DNA of 64,000 bases. Origin: an uncultured delta proteobacterium. GTDB taxonomy: Bacteria > Desulfobacterota > Desulfobacteria > Desulfobacterales > UBA2156. The notes below the pieces were generated by a model, which saw only the letters and a list, made by a program, of their open reading frames with translations, ran no database searches and was not told the origin of the DNA. Shown here piece by piece: positions 10,557 to 19,717 of this stretch. The stretch's first letter is position 1, and every line of letters begins with the position of its first letter. The stretch lies in contig CAVTQK010000017.1 of assembly GCA_963736855.1 (NCBI GenBank), forward strand, positions 32,885 to 96,884, written 5' to 3'. A program made the position numbers and the translations under genes.

Positions 10557-11801
10557 ATGCCTGGAAAAGAAGGAAATAGCGACAAGCTCTTTTGCTCTTT
10601 TTGCGGTAAAAATCAGAAAGAGGTGAAAAAGCTGATCGCCGGCCCGGCCGTTTACATTTGCGATGAATGCATCCGGCTGTGCAGCGAAATCATCGATGAA
10701 GAAACCGAAAAAGACGTCACGGAAACCAAGCGACACCTTTCACCAAAAGAGATCAAGGAGATGCTCGACGACTATGTCATCGAGCAGGAGTACGCCAAGA
10801 AAATCCTCTCCGTAGCGGTTTACAACCATTACAAGCGGATCGAATCGGGGGTCCATACCGATGACGTGGAACTGCAGAAAAGCAATATCCTTTTGATCGG
10901 GCCTACCGGATGTGGAAAGACCCTGCTGGCCCAGACCCTGGCCCGGTTTCTTAATGTCCCTTTCACTATCGCGGATGCCACCAGCCTCACGGAAGCCGGC
11001 TACGTCGGAGAGGATGTGGAAAACATCATCCTGTCACTCCTACAGAATGCCGATTATGACGTCGAAAAGGCCAAGCGGGGCATCGTGTACATTGATGAAA
11101 TCGACAAGATCGCCCGAAAATCGGATAACCCTTCGATCACACGGGACGTATCGGGGGAGGGGGTTCAGCAGGCTCTCCTCAAGATCATCGAAGGGACCAT
11201 GGCCTCCGTGCCGCCCAAGGGCGGGAGGAAACATCCACAGCAGGACTTCATCAAAGTGGATACCACCGATATCCTGTTCATCTGTGGTGGAACCTTCACC
11301 GGGCTCGAGGAAATCATCCAGCGCCGAATGGGTTCCAAGCTCATGGGGTTCGGTGCAAAGATCGTGTCCAAGGAGGAAAAACGCATCGGCGACATCCTGA
11401 GGATGGTTCAGCCCGAAGACCTCATCAAGTATGGGATGATTCCCGAATTCCTGGGAAGGCTTCCCGTCGTCGCCACACTGGATGAGCTAGGCCAAGCATC
11501 CCTGATTCGAATCCTCAAGGAGCCCAAAAACGCCCTCATCAAGCAGTTTGAAAAGCTTTTCGACCTGGAAGGAGTGAACCTGCGTTTTACCGACAGCGCC
11601 CTTTCGGCTTTGGCGAAAGAAGCGATGAAACGTAAATCCGGCGCCAGAGGGCTTCGGGCCATCATTGAAGGCTGCTTGCTGGATATCATGTATGAGCTGC
11701 CTTCCATCCAAAACGTCAGAGAGTGTGTGGTCAGCGAGGATGTCGTACTAAATCACGAAGACCCCATCATCCTCTTCGAACAGGAAAAGATCAAGGCCTG
11801 A
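10557..11801 (+). CDS. clpX: ATP-dependent Clp protease ATP-binding subunit ClpX
   Basis: Zn finger CSFCGK...[30 protein letters not shown]. Confidence 0.97.
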   Translation: MPGKEGNSDKLFCSFCGKNQKEVKKLIAGPAVYICDECIRLCSEIIDEETEKDVTETKRHLSPKEIKEMLDDYVIEQEYAKKILSVAVYNHYKRIESGVHTDDVELQKSNILLIGPTGCGKTLLAQTLARFLNVPFTIADATSLTEAGYVGEDVENIILSLLQNADYDVEKAKRGIVYIDEIDKIARKSDNPSITRDVSGEGVQQALLKIIEGTMASVPPKGGRKHPQQDFIKVDTTDILFICGGTFTGLEEIIQRRMGSKLMGFGAKIVSKEEKRIGDILRMVQPEDLIKYGMIPEFLGRLPVVATLDELGQASLIRILKEPKNALIKQFEKLFDLEGVNLRFTDSALSALAKEAMKRKSGARGLRAIIEGCLLDIMYELPSIQNVRECVVSEDVVLNHEDPIILFEQEKIKA

Positions 11802-11842
11802 AAGATTCAAACCGGATCAATTTATCTATAATCATTAAACGG

Positions 11843-11996
11843 GATGGCAAAGTAAAAACTTCATATGCAAGGCGTTCAAATCTTAAGAAATGAGGCGTGC
11901 TGACCGGTACGCCGCCATAACTTGTCTGCGTGCTGAATGCACAGGCAGGCGAAGGAAGCAGCGCAACGCAGCGGATGAACTTTCTACGAGGCCATC
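11843..11996. repeat. MITE-like intergenic repeat, copy 1
   Basis: Imperfect terminal inverted repeats GATGGCAAAGTAAAAA / TTTCTACGAGGCCATC. Shares ordered blocks (GATGGCAAAGTAAA, CAAGGCG, ATGAGGCGT, GTACG, AGCGCAACGCAG, TACGA) with 58241-58386. Confidence 0.7.
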
Positions 11997-12013
11997 GAAT
12001 ATGAGCAATAAAA

Positions 12014-14452
12014 ATGGTGACATTACCTAAAATTTTCCAAAGTGATCGGCAACCGGAACCCGTCCGGATGCTTCCCCTTCTCCCTTTGAGGGATATCGTT
12101 GTGTTCCCCAGTATGGTTGCCCCGCTTTTTGTAGGCCGGGACAAATCGGTCAATGCCTTGGCCGAGGCCATGAACAGCGATAAAAGCCTCTTTCTGGCCA
12201 CTCAGAAGAGGGCCAACATCGACAACCCCACCGAAAGAGACCTCAACACCATCGGATCTGTGGGCACGGTCCTTCAGCTCCTCCGGCTTCCGGACGGCAC
12301 AGTGAAGGCTCTGGTGGAAGGAAAGAGCCGGGCACGAATCATCCGGTTCGTTGCCAATGAAGGCTTTTTCAAGGTGGAATACGAATTGATCCCGGACGCA
12401 GGCCTCTCGGATTTTGAAGGAGAGGCATTACGACGGGCCATTGTCCAGAGTTTCGATGAGTATGCCAAGCTCAACAAAAATATCTCCAAAGAGATGATCC
12501 AGAACGTCTCCACCATTGCCAGCCTTTCCCAGCTTGCCGATATGGTGGCAGCGCAATTCGCATTCAAGCTGGAAGACAAGCAGAAACTCCTGGAGGCCGA
12601 AGATTTGGAACAGCGGTTGACGCTGCTGCTGCGATTCGTCCGGACCGAGATCGACATCTTTAAGATGGATCAGCGGATCAAGGGCCGGATCAAGGAGCAG
12701 ATGGAGAAAGTTCAAAAGAACTTCTATCTCAACGAGCAGATGCGGGCCATCAAAAAGGAGATGGGGGCGGAAGAGGACCCAAGCGAAGAGCTTGCCGAGC
12801 TGGAAAAGCGGATCAAGCGCAAACGCATGTCCAGAGAAGCATCGGGAAAGGTTCGTCAGGAGTTCAAGAAACTCAGGATGATGACGCCCATGTCCGCTGA
12901 GGCAACGGTGGTCCGGGGTTACATCGAGTGGCTCATCGGTCTCCCCTGGTTCGATAAAACCGCTGTTCGTCATGACATCAAGGAAGCGGAGAAGATCCTC
13001 AACGAAGACCACTACGGTCTTGAAAAACCCAAGGAGCGGATCTTGGAATACCTTGCCGTCCAATCCCTGGTCAAAAAAATCAAGGGGCCGATATTGTGTT
13101 TCGTGGGACCGCCGGGCGTCGGTAAGACCTCTTTGGCCAAATCCATCTCCAGGGCTACGGGAAGGAAATTCGTGAGGCTTTCCTTGGGCGGTGTCCGGGA
13201 CGAGGCCGAGATTCGGGGCCATCGCCGCACTTACATCGGCGCCATGCCGGGAAAGATTATCCAGTCGATCAGGAAAATCGGCGTGAACAACCCCGTCTTC
13301 TGTCTGGATGAAGTGGACAAGATGAGCATGGATTTTCGCGGGGATCCGTCGGCAGCACTTTTGGAAGTCCTGGATCCGGAGCAGAACTTCAGCTTCAACG
13401 ATCACTATCTGGATGTGGACTATGATCTTACGGACATCCTCTTTATCACCACGGCCAACACGCTCCCGGATATCCCCCTGCCGCTCCAGGACCGGATGGA
13501 GATCATAAGGCTTCCCGGATACACCGAGTACGAAAAACTGCACATCGCCATGGGGTTTTTAATCCCCAAACAGGTTGTGGCTAACGGGTTGGAAGGCAGG
13601 AAAATCAGTTTTTCCAAACAGGCCATCTCAATGATCATCAACCGGTATACCCGGGAAGCCGGTGTCCGGAACTTGGAAAGGGAAATTGCCTCCATCTGCC
13701 GAAAGATCGCCCGGGAGGTCATGCAGAACAAAAAGAAAGAGAACATCCACGTTTCGGCCAGTTCAGTACAGAAATACCTGGGACCCCCGAGGTTCAGGGA
13801 CAGCCAGATCGAACCGGAAGATCAGGTCGGTATGGTGACCGGCCTGGCGTGGACCCAGGTGGGCGGTGAACTGTTGTGTGTGGAGACATTGACCATGCCG
13901 GGAAAAGGGGAGCTCATCATCACCGGGAAACTGGGAGATGTGATGAAGGAATCCGCCCAGGCCGCCGTAAGCTATGTGCGATCCCGGGCCGAATGCCTCT
14001 TGATCGATCCCAAGTTTTATAGAAAGCTGGATCTTCACATCCACATTCCGGAAGGAGCGATCCCTAAGGACGGTCCTTCGGCAGGGATTGCCATGTGCAC
14101 CTCCATCGTTTCCGCACTCACCCGCCGGCCTATCCGCAGGGATGTGGCCATGACCGGCGAGATTACCCTTCGCGGACGGATTCTGCCCATCGGCGGGCTG
14201 AAGGAAAAGATCCTGGCCGCCCATCGGGGAGGCATTAAAAAGGTCATCATCCCCAAGGAAAATGAAAAGGACTTGAGGGATATCCCCAAGACCATTTCCA
14301 AGCAGATCGACATCGTCATGGCGGAGCACATGGATGAAGTGCTGCCCCAGGCGATGATCCTGAGAGTGGGAGAGTCTTGTTTCAGAGAAAACGACATCTC
14401 CTTCCAGATGGCGCCGGAGGAAAAAACAGAAGGACGGCCATCTTTAATTTAA
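12014..14452 (+). CDS. lon: Lon protease
   Basis: [11 protein letters not shown]-domain, [16 protein letters not shown], and catalytic PKDGPSAG / IGGLKEK. Confidence 0.97.
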   Translation: MVTLPKIFQSDRQPEPVRMLPLLPLRDIVVFPSMVAPLFVGRDKSVNALAEAMNSDKSLFLATQKRANIDNPTERDLNTIGSVGTVLQLLRLPDGTVKALVEGKSRARIIRFVANEGFFKVEYELIPDAGLSDFEGEALRRAIVQSFDEYAKLNKNISKEMIQNVSTIASLSQLADMVAAQFAFKLEDKQKLLEAEDLEQRLTLLLRFVRTEIDIFKMDQRIKGRIKEQMEKVQKNFYLNEQMRAIKKEMGAEEDPSEELAELEKRIKRKRMSREASGKVRQEFKKLRMMTPMSAEATVVRGYIEWLIGLPWFDKTAVRHDIKEAEKILNEDHYGLEKPKERILEYLAVQSLVKKIKGPILCFVGPPGVGKTSLAKSISRATGRKFVRLSLGGVRDEAEIRGHRRTYIGAMPGKIIQSIRKIGVNNPVFCLDEVDKMSMDFRGDPSAALLEVLDPEQNFSFNDHYLDVDYDLTDILFITTANTLPDIPLPLQDRMEIIRLPGYTEYEKLHIAMGFLIPKQVVANGLEGRKISFSKQAISMIINRYTREAGVRNLEREIASICRKIAREVMQNKKKENIHVSASSVQKYLGPPRFRDSQIEPEDQVGMVTGLAWTQVGGELLCVETLTMPGKGELIITGKLGDVMKESAQAAVSYVRSRAECLLIDPKFYRKLDLHIHIPEGAIPKDGPSAGIAMCTSIVSALTRRPIRRDVAMTGEITLRGRILPIGGLKEKILAAHRGGIKKVIIPKENEKDLRDIPKTISKQIDIVMAEHMDEVLPQAMILRVGESCFRENDISFQMAPEEKTEGRPSLI

Positions 14453-14473
14453 TCCACTGCGCTGGAATATCTG

Positions 14474-14502
14474 TTGACAAAAGGCCGTTGCGCTGTTACT
14501 AA
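14474..14502 (+). promoter_or_regulatory. sigma70 promoter of the tRNA-Val/Asp cluster
   Basis: TTGACA-N17-TACTAA, 12 nt before tRNA-Val. Confidence 0.7.
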
Positions 14503-14514
14503 TCAGCGGCTTTA

Positions 14515-14589
14515 GGGCGGGTAGCTCAGCGGGAGAGCATCGGCCTTACAAGCCGGGGGTCACAGGTTCAAACCCTGTTCCGCCTACCA
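14515..14589 (+). tRNA. tRNA-Val(TAC)
   Basis: GGGCGGGTAGCTCAG, TCGGC-CTTACAA-GCCGG arm, GGTTCAAACC, TCCGCCTACCA end. Confidence 0.95.
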
Positions 14590-14632
14590 AAAAAATAAAT
14601 GAGCCGCTTTATGGCTCACCCAATCGCTTCGC

Positions 14633-14705
14633 CGGGGCGTAGTTCAGTTTGGTTAGAACGTCCCGCCTAAATGGCGGGAAAGTCGATTGGCCGAGCCCAT
14701 CGGTC
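14633..14705 (+). pseudogene. tRNA-Asp-derived pseudo-tRNA (5' half) with substituted anticodon arm
   Basis: GGGGCGTAGTTCAGTTTGGTTAGAACG is identical to the tRNA-Asp 5' end. TCCCGCC-TAAAT-GGCGGGA then replaces the anticodon arm, followed by AAGTCG and a degenerate T-arm. Confidence 0.75.
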
Positions 14706-14735
14706 ATTGACTTGTTCTTTGTTTGTTTTCATCGC

Positions 14736-14813
14736 GGGGGCGTAGTTCAGTTTGGTTAGAACGCCGGCCTGTCACGCCGGAAGTCGAGGGTTCGAACCCC
14801 TTCGTCCCCGCCA
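14736..14813 (+). tRNA. tRNA-Asp(GTC)
   Basis: Complete cloverleaf with CCGGC-CTGTCAC-GCCGG, G discriminator and CCA. Confidence 0.97.
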
Positions 14814-14821
14814 GTAAAATC

Positions 14822-14854
14822 AAGGACTTAGAGAGTTTATCTAAGTCCTTTTTT
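14822..14854 (+). terminator. intrinsic terminator after tRNA-Asp
   Basis: AAGGACTTAGA / TCTAAGTCCTT 11-bp stem followed by a T run. Confidence 0.75.
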
Positions 14855-15090
14855 ATTTCATTAAAACAAACTGATTATTCGAAAGTATTATATCATCATG
14901 ATGCCAAGCGATGTCCGCGCATGGATATGCAAAGCGAACTCAATAAATTATTCGAAAACCGGCTTCCTGATCCCAATCTAAAATCTTCTATAAAAATTAT
15001 GAAAAGATTGACGTTAACTGATAGATAGGCTACTGTTATTAGTACCCAAAATTGAGGCGGCATTAAGAATCCACATATAGGAAAAGGGGA

Positions 15091-15330
15091 ATGTCCCCGG
15101 TTGCTTTAAGGTCTGGACCCTATAGGTTTTACTTTGTCAGTCATGATCTGCACGAACCACCGCATGTCCATATTGACCGAGATGCTTTTTCAGCCAAATT
15201 CTGGCTCAATCCTGTGGCTCTGGCGTATAATCTTGGATTTCCTGCAAAAGAACTGAGGAAGGTCGAAGCGATCACCGTTGAAAATCAAAAAGAGTTATTG
15301 GAGAAATGGAATGAATACTTTGGAACCTAA
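15091..15330 (+). CDS. DUF4160-family small protein (putative type II TA component)
   Basis: YRFYFVSHDLHEPPHVHID...AKFWL is typical of DUF4160; overlaps a DUF2442 gene. Confidence 0.8.
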   Translation: MSPVALRSGPYRFYFVSHDLHEPPHVHIDRDAFSAKFWLNPVALAYNLGFPAKELRKVEAITVENQKELLEKWNEYFGT

Positions 15331-15583
15331 GGCAGGAGAACGAATAAAGAATGTTTCTTTCACAGATGATACTATCATTGTAGATCTTTTCGACGGACGA
15401 ACTATAACGGTTCCCCTGACATGGTATCCCCGTCTGCTCCATGCAACGCCGGAACAGCTCAAGAATTGGAAAATAGCTGGAGCGGGATACGGAATACATT
15501 GGCCGGAGATTGATGAAGATCTCAGCACCCAAGGTCTTTTACAGGGTGCTCCAGCTCCCCGCACGGCTTCGAAAGCTGCATAA
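15311..15583 (+). CDS. DUF2442-family protein (partner of DUF4160)
   Basis: DGRTITVPLTWYPRLLHAT and GIHWPEIDEDLS motifs. Confidence 0.85.
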   Translation: MNTLEPKAGERIKNVSFTDDTIIVDLFDGRTITVPLTWYPRLLHATPEQLKNWKIAGAGYGIHWPEIDEDLSTQGLLQGAPAPRTASKAA

Positions 15584-15819
15584 ATTTTATAAAGTACTTG
15601 CCTAATGCCACCTATCTCAATTCGGCATCTCTAACCATCATTCCGGCATTAAAACTGATATAGTTCATCACTGCGTAAAAAACTGCGTGAATTTTGATAG
15701 ACGAATTCGAGCAAATTCTCATTTCTATTTACGAATTCACTCAAATTCTCACGCAGTAACAGTTTGATATCTTTATAATATATTGAATTCATTGAAAATA
15801 AAAAATCGGGACATGGAAT

Positions 15820-15864
15820 CTGTCACGCCGGAAGTCGAGGGTTCGAACCCCTTCGTCCCCGCCA
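15820..15864 (+). repeat. attR-like duplication of the tRNA-Asp 3' half
   Basis: 45-bp exact copy of 14769-14813, starting at the anticodon loop CTGTCAC. Confidence 0.9.
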
Positions 15865-15914
15865 CTGTTTTCATGGCCTGCCATCTGTAAAGATGTGCCA
15901 GGCCTTTTTTCTTT

Positions 15915-16168
15915 ATGGCATACTGCGTTTACATAATCCAAAGCCAGGTTGATGGAGGTTTCTATGTCGGCTCAACCCGTGACATTGATGACCGGCTTGA
16001 GCGTCACAACACAGGGAGGAGTCGTTACACCAGGGGAAGCGTGCATGGAAATTGGTTTATAAGGAAGACTGTCCGGATCGATCGAGTGCAATAAAACGTG
16101 AGTTAGAGATCAAAAACAAAAAGAAACGAACGGTTATCGAAGCGCTGATTAGAACGTCCCGCCCCTAA
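15915..16168 (+). CDS. small stand-alone GIY-YIG nuclease (one apparent 1-nt deletion in GGGG at 16033-16036)
   Basis: Absent from the ORF track. MAYCVYIIQS..DGGFYVGST.DIDDRLERHN.GRSRYTRG, then after the shift KRAWKLVYKE...SAIKRELEIK...IRTSRP*. This is the YhbQ/UPF0213-like GIY-YIG pattern. Confidence 0.85.
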
Positions 16169-16208
16169 GGCGGGAAGGTCGCGAGTTCGAACCCCTTCGT
16201 CCCCGCCA
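16149..16208 (+). pseudogene. tRNA-Asp-derived 3' repeat with substituted anticodon arm
   Basis: TTAGAACG + TCCCGCC-CCTAA-GGCGGGA + AGGTCG + GTTCGAACCCCTTCGTCCCCGCCA; the last 24 nt are identical to the tRNA-Asp 3' end. Confidence 0.8.
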
Positions 16209-16577
16209 AGTAAATTCAAGGGGTTACGGCAATCAACCGTAGCCCTTTCTTATTTGTTCCCAGCAGTATTCCCAGCAAGCAACCCGAATTTTAGCCTTTT
16301 TGACATTTCAGGCCCAGTATCGACATCACCCGGATTGAGAACCCAACAGATCAGGACTTTGCCCGGAAAGAGAAATATTCAAGAGCAATGAAATTATTTA
16401 TATTGAGACTTTACTGCGAATTCCGCATTCAGCCGCATAAAAGGGGATAGATGGAAAGGTTGAACTGCATTTTCCATATTAACTTGTCTGTTATGAGCAT
16501 ATATGTAATATTTGACATGCTATAAGGACGATATCGAGTAATTTATTCCAGATATTGATAATGTTCGGCAAACATGC

Positions 16578-16607
16578 TTGTTTCGTATTGTTGGGTTTCA
16601 GTATAAT
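16578..16607 (+). promoter_or_regulatory. putative promoter of the TA pair
   Basis: TTGTTT-N18-TATAAT, then RBS GGAGAGG before ATG 16646. Confidence 0.5.
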
Positions 16608-16645
16608 GGAAGCAAGATGAATGAACCAACATAGGAGAGGTCAAC

Positions 16646-16868
16646 ATGGCAATGACCGCACAAGAAATCTTCACAGAAACCGTACGAAACCTGCCACCCA
16701 GAGAACGGCTTCGTCTGGCAGCACTCATTTTACAGGATCTGGCACAATCAGATGTCGGCGGTTGTGAACCGAAGTGACACTTGGAGCGAACAAGACCAGA
16801 GAGATCTGACTGCCGTTTCATTGAAGTATGCGGCTGGTCTCTACCCAGAGGAGCAGGAACTTGTTTAA
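16646..16868 (+). CDS. putative antitoxin (frameshifted near 16760)
   Basis: MAMTAQEIFTETVRNLPPRERLRLAALILQDL continues in another frame to ...WSEQDQRDL...EEQELV*; overlaps the toxin start. Confidence 0.6.
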
Positions 16869-17224
16869 TCCGGGAGATGTGGTGGCGATTGACTTTCCTG
16901 GTGTGACTGGCGTCAAACGCCGGCCTGCTGTTGTAGTCTCCTCCGCAGTCTATCATGCCTCACGCCCCGATGTGGTTGTCTGCCTCATTACAAGCCAAAC
17001 CATTCCATGTGGTCCTGACGGATTACATATTGCAGGATTGGGGTAAGGCAGGTTTACGAGTCCCATCGGTCTTTCGGTGTTTTTTCGCTACGCTCCCTCC
17101 CGCTACCCATCCTGTGCTCGTCGGCCATTTGTCAGACCGAGACTGGCGTGGAGTATGTGAGTGCATAAAGATCGCCCTGGCCCCCTTATCTACCTCAGAA
17201 CGTTCGACAACATCACCGTCGTAA
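16861..17224 (+). CDS. PemK/MazF-family toxin (frameshifted near 17005)
   Basis: PGDVVAIDFPGVTGVKRRPAVVVS...ITSQ, then DYILQDWGKAGLRVPSVFR...GHLSDRDW. Confidence 0.8.
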
Positions 17225-17250
17225 TCGACCATGTTCGCTGAAGTGGGATT

Positions 17251-17313
17251 GCCGAACGAATAAGGATAGATCGTGAGAGCGAAGCGAACCACGATCTTAT
17301 CCTGTAGTTGGAC
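17251..17313 (-). other. attC-like site 1
   Basis: On the minus strand: GTCCAAC, arm GATAAGATCGTG / CACGATCTATC with one extra base on the first arm, then GTTCGGC. The asymmetry favours minus orientation. Confidence 0.7.
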
Positions 17314-17470
17314 AAGCCCGGCGGAATTCAGGGAGGTATCCTTATAAAGGAAAATATCTTTTGTTGAATGGGAGGTGGTTTTAACCCGAACTGGGAGCAA
17401 GACAATTTTCAGGGCAAGCGAGATCAATAAGCCTATCAGAGGGCTTATTAAACGGTCTTTATGTCATAGA
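17307..17470 (+). pseudogene. remnant head of a second recombinase/IS91-like element
   Basis: GTTGGAC-AAGCC-CGGCGGAA resembles the reverse complement of the intact terminus at 19557-19583. It has the same RBS block AGGGAGGTAT and a degraded QGK..AY.RA reading like the integrase N-terminus. Confidence 0.5.
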
Positions 17471-17527
17471 ATTTTTCTTAACCTCCTATGCTTATGTTTA
17501 CTTCAGGTCATTGCCGATTTAGACATG

Positions 17528-18582
17528 CTATCCTGGTGAGCGTATCGGCGGGCTGATACCCAGCACCCGCATAGGCGCATGACACAAGGGGCACATAAAT
17601 ACCGGTCTGGGACGTGAGCAGGCTTGAATCATGACCTGCAAAACCATTTGAACCAGTTTCAGCAGCTTTTTGGCATTGCCATGTAGAAAGCCATAGTCTC
17701 TGAGCCGACGAAAGCCCTTGGGCAAAACATGTTGCAGAACGAGCCAAAGGAAGTCTTCACCTTTGACGGTACGGTAGCGGGTTTTGCCGGTACGGCTTTC
17801 GACATATTTAAACGTGACATTGCCATTTTGATTGGAGACGATATTGCTTTCACCGATGACGCCTCGGTATAGGTATCGCGATAAGTATTTCAAAGCGGAG
17901 AGACCTTTTCCGGCGCGAGTGCAGTCGACCACCCATTTTCTGGGCACTGAATCGGGCAAAGCGAGACCGGCTTGGTTCAAAGCCGCAAGAAAGCGGGCGC
18001 GAAACACCTTGGCCAGGGCGAATTCATTGAACAGGTACTTGCTTTTTTTCTTTTTCCATTGTTTTTTGGCCTTATCCACGCCGCCGCCCGGCACCACGAC
18101 ATGGATATGCGGGTGATAATCCAGGCGACGGTTATGGGTATGCAGTACTGCGGTCATGCCGATATTGGCGCCGAGGTTTTTGGGATTCAGGCCGAAGTCC
18201 TTCAGCGTGCTGGAAGCGCACGCAAAAAGGAGATTATAAGCGAGGGTTTGGTGGTTCCATGCCAGGAATCTGAGCTCATAGGGAAACGTAAAGGTTGCCA
18301 TGAAGTACTCAACCGGCAAAAGCTTGGCCTGTTGCCGGTCCAGCCAGAGTGAGGTTTCATGGTTCTGGCATTGTGGGCAGTTGCGATGCCCGCAGGAACG
18401 GGGACGCCATTCGGCATGGCCGCAGTCAGTGCATTGAACGAGCAACTGGCCGGCGTCGGGTGTTCGGCATCTGTCGGATCGCATCGATGGCGTGCAGATG
18501 ACCGGGTAAAAGCCGGGAGCCGTATTTGCTCCCGAAAGGCATCGTGATATTGATCAAGGATAGAGGCAAGTTGCATGATCAT
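17528..18582 (-). CDS. IS91-family (HUH/Y2) transposase, two apparent indels near 18480-18530
   Basis: Zn-binding [19 protein letters not shown] motif [13 protein letters not shown], and YLSRYLYR. Confidence 0.9.
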
Positions 18583-19483
18583 ATCCTCCTTAAATCGACG
18601 TGGAGGGTATTGATCAGCCCATTAATGGTATCAAATGCATTCTGTTTGGCGATGTCGGTTAAATGGGCGTAGCGAGCTGTGGTGGTGGGGCTGCTATGTC
18701 CGAGAATCGCCTGGATATGACGAAGGCTTAAGCCCTTTTCCAGCAGATGGGTTGCAAAGGCATGCCTCAGGGAGTGGATCGAGACTTTTTTTTAATGCCG
18801 CACTGTTCTACCACGGCTTTCATGGCGGCCTGGGTGCCGCCGCGATCCATATGGGTGGTGGCACTGCGGATGCGCTCGGGGGACCCGACGGCATTGGGGA
18901 ATAACCAGCAGGGGTTGCGATGTTTGCGCCATAGAGTACGTAGTGCGTGACAGGTCAGATCCGGCAATGGGACGAAACGATCCTTGTGCCCCTTGCCGCG
19001 CCGGATATGAACCAGCTTGCGCTGACCGTCGATATCGCCCACTTGCAGGGACAGCGTCTCTGCGAGCCGCAAGCCCATGGAATAGGTTGCTATCAGGAAA
19101 ACCCGGTAGCGAAGCTTACGTGTCGCACCGATTATTTGTTCAACTTCGGTGACGGTGAGAATGTCGGGCAGCGAACGCACTTTGGGGGCTTTGATGATAT
19201 TAAGCCACTGCCAATCGTGTTTTAGGACATGTTTCCAGAAAAACTGCAGACCATTACGATCAATTTTAACGGTGCTCCAGGAGTGAGATTTCACCAGATC
19301 GGAAAAATATTGTTCCCGCTGTTTCAGGGTCAATTTGTCGGGGCAACAATCAAAATATTCACTGATTCGACGCACGGCGCGCGCATAGGCCTCAATGGTC
19401 TTTTGACTTTTACCCTGGAGTTTGAGAGAACGCAGATGACGTTGATAAAGTTCATTAAACCGGTTCGCTTCAGCTTTTTTCAT
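18579..19483 (-). CDS. tyrosine recombinase; catalytic C-terminus in the -1 frame after an A8 run
   Basis: YSMGLRLAE and GKGHKDR in frame 0. After AAAAAAAAG (18793-18785) the -1 frame reads [24 protein letters not shown]; its stop overlaps the transposase ATG. Confidence 0.88.
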
Positions 19484-19576
19484 GGTATACCTCCCTTTGT
19501 TTTAATGATGCCCGAAATTGGGCAACACTGGGAGTTATACACGGTTATGAGGTTTTTTCCGCCGCGTAGCGGCTTC

Positions 19577-19680
19577 GTCCAACAAGCCAATGAAGCTGAC
19601 AAACAACCACGCGGCAAGTTCGGTGGGATTATGAAAGTTGGTTCAGCGTGGTTGCTTGCAGCTTATCGGCGTCGTTATGT
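19577..19680 (+). other. attC site 2
   Basis: R'' GTCCAAC; left arm GCCAATGAAGCTGACAAACAACCACGC pairs with the right arm leaving two extra bases on the left arm; R' GTTATGT. Confidence 0.85.
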
Positions 19681-19717
19681 GGTTTCTCCCATGGCACTGA
19701 ACAAGGGAGAGTAGTAG

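Larger units (their letters stand above)
17490..19583 (-). mobile_element. IS91-family element encoding a tyrosine recombinase upstream of the Y2 transposase
   Basis: Coupled int-tnp gene pair. The right end abuts attC-like site 2; the left end is approximate. Confidence 0.8.

Noticed and set aside
14723-15028. 101-aa ORF
   Set aside because: Overlaps tRNA-Asp and its terminator; spurious.
16209-16562. Search for intI or a clear attI beside the first core site
   Set aside because: No integrase motifs in any frame; only short non-diagnostic reading frames.
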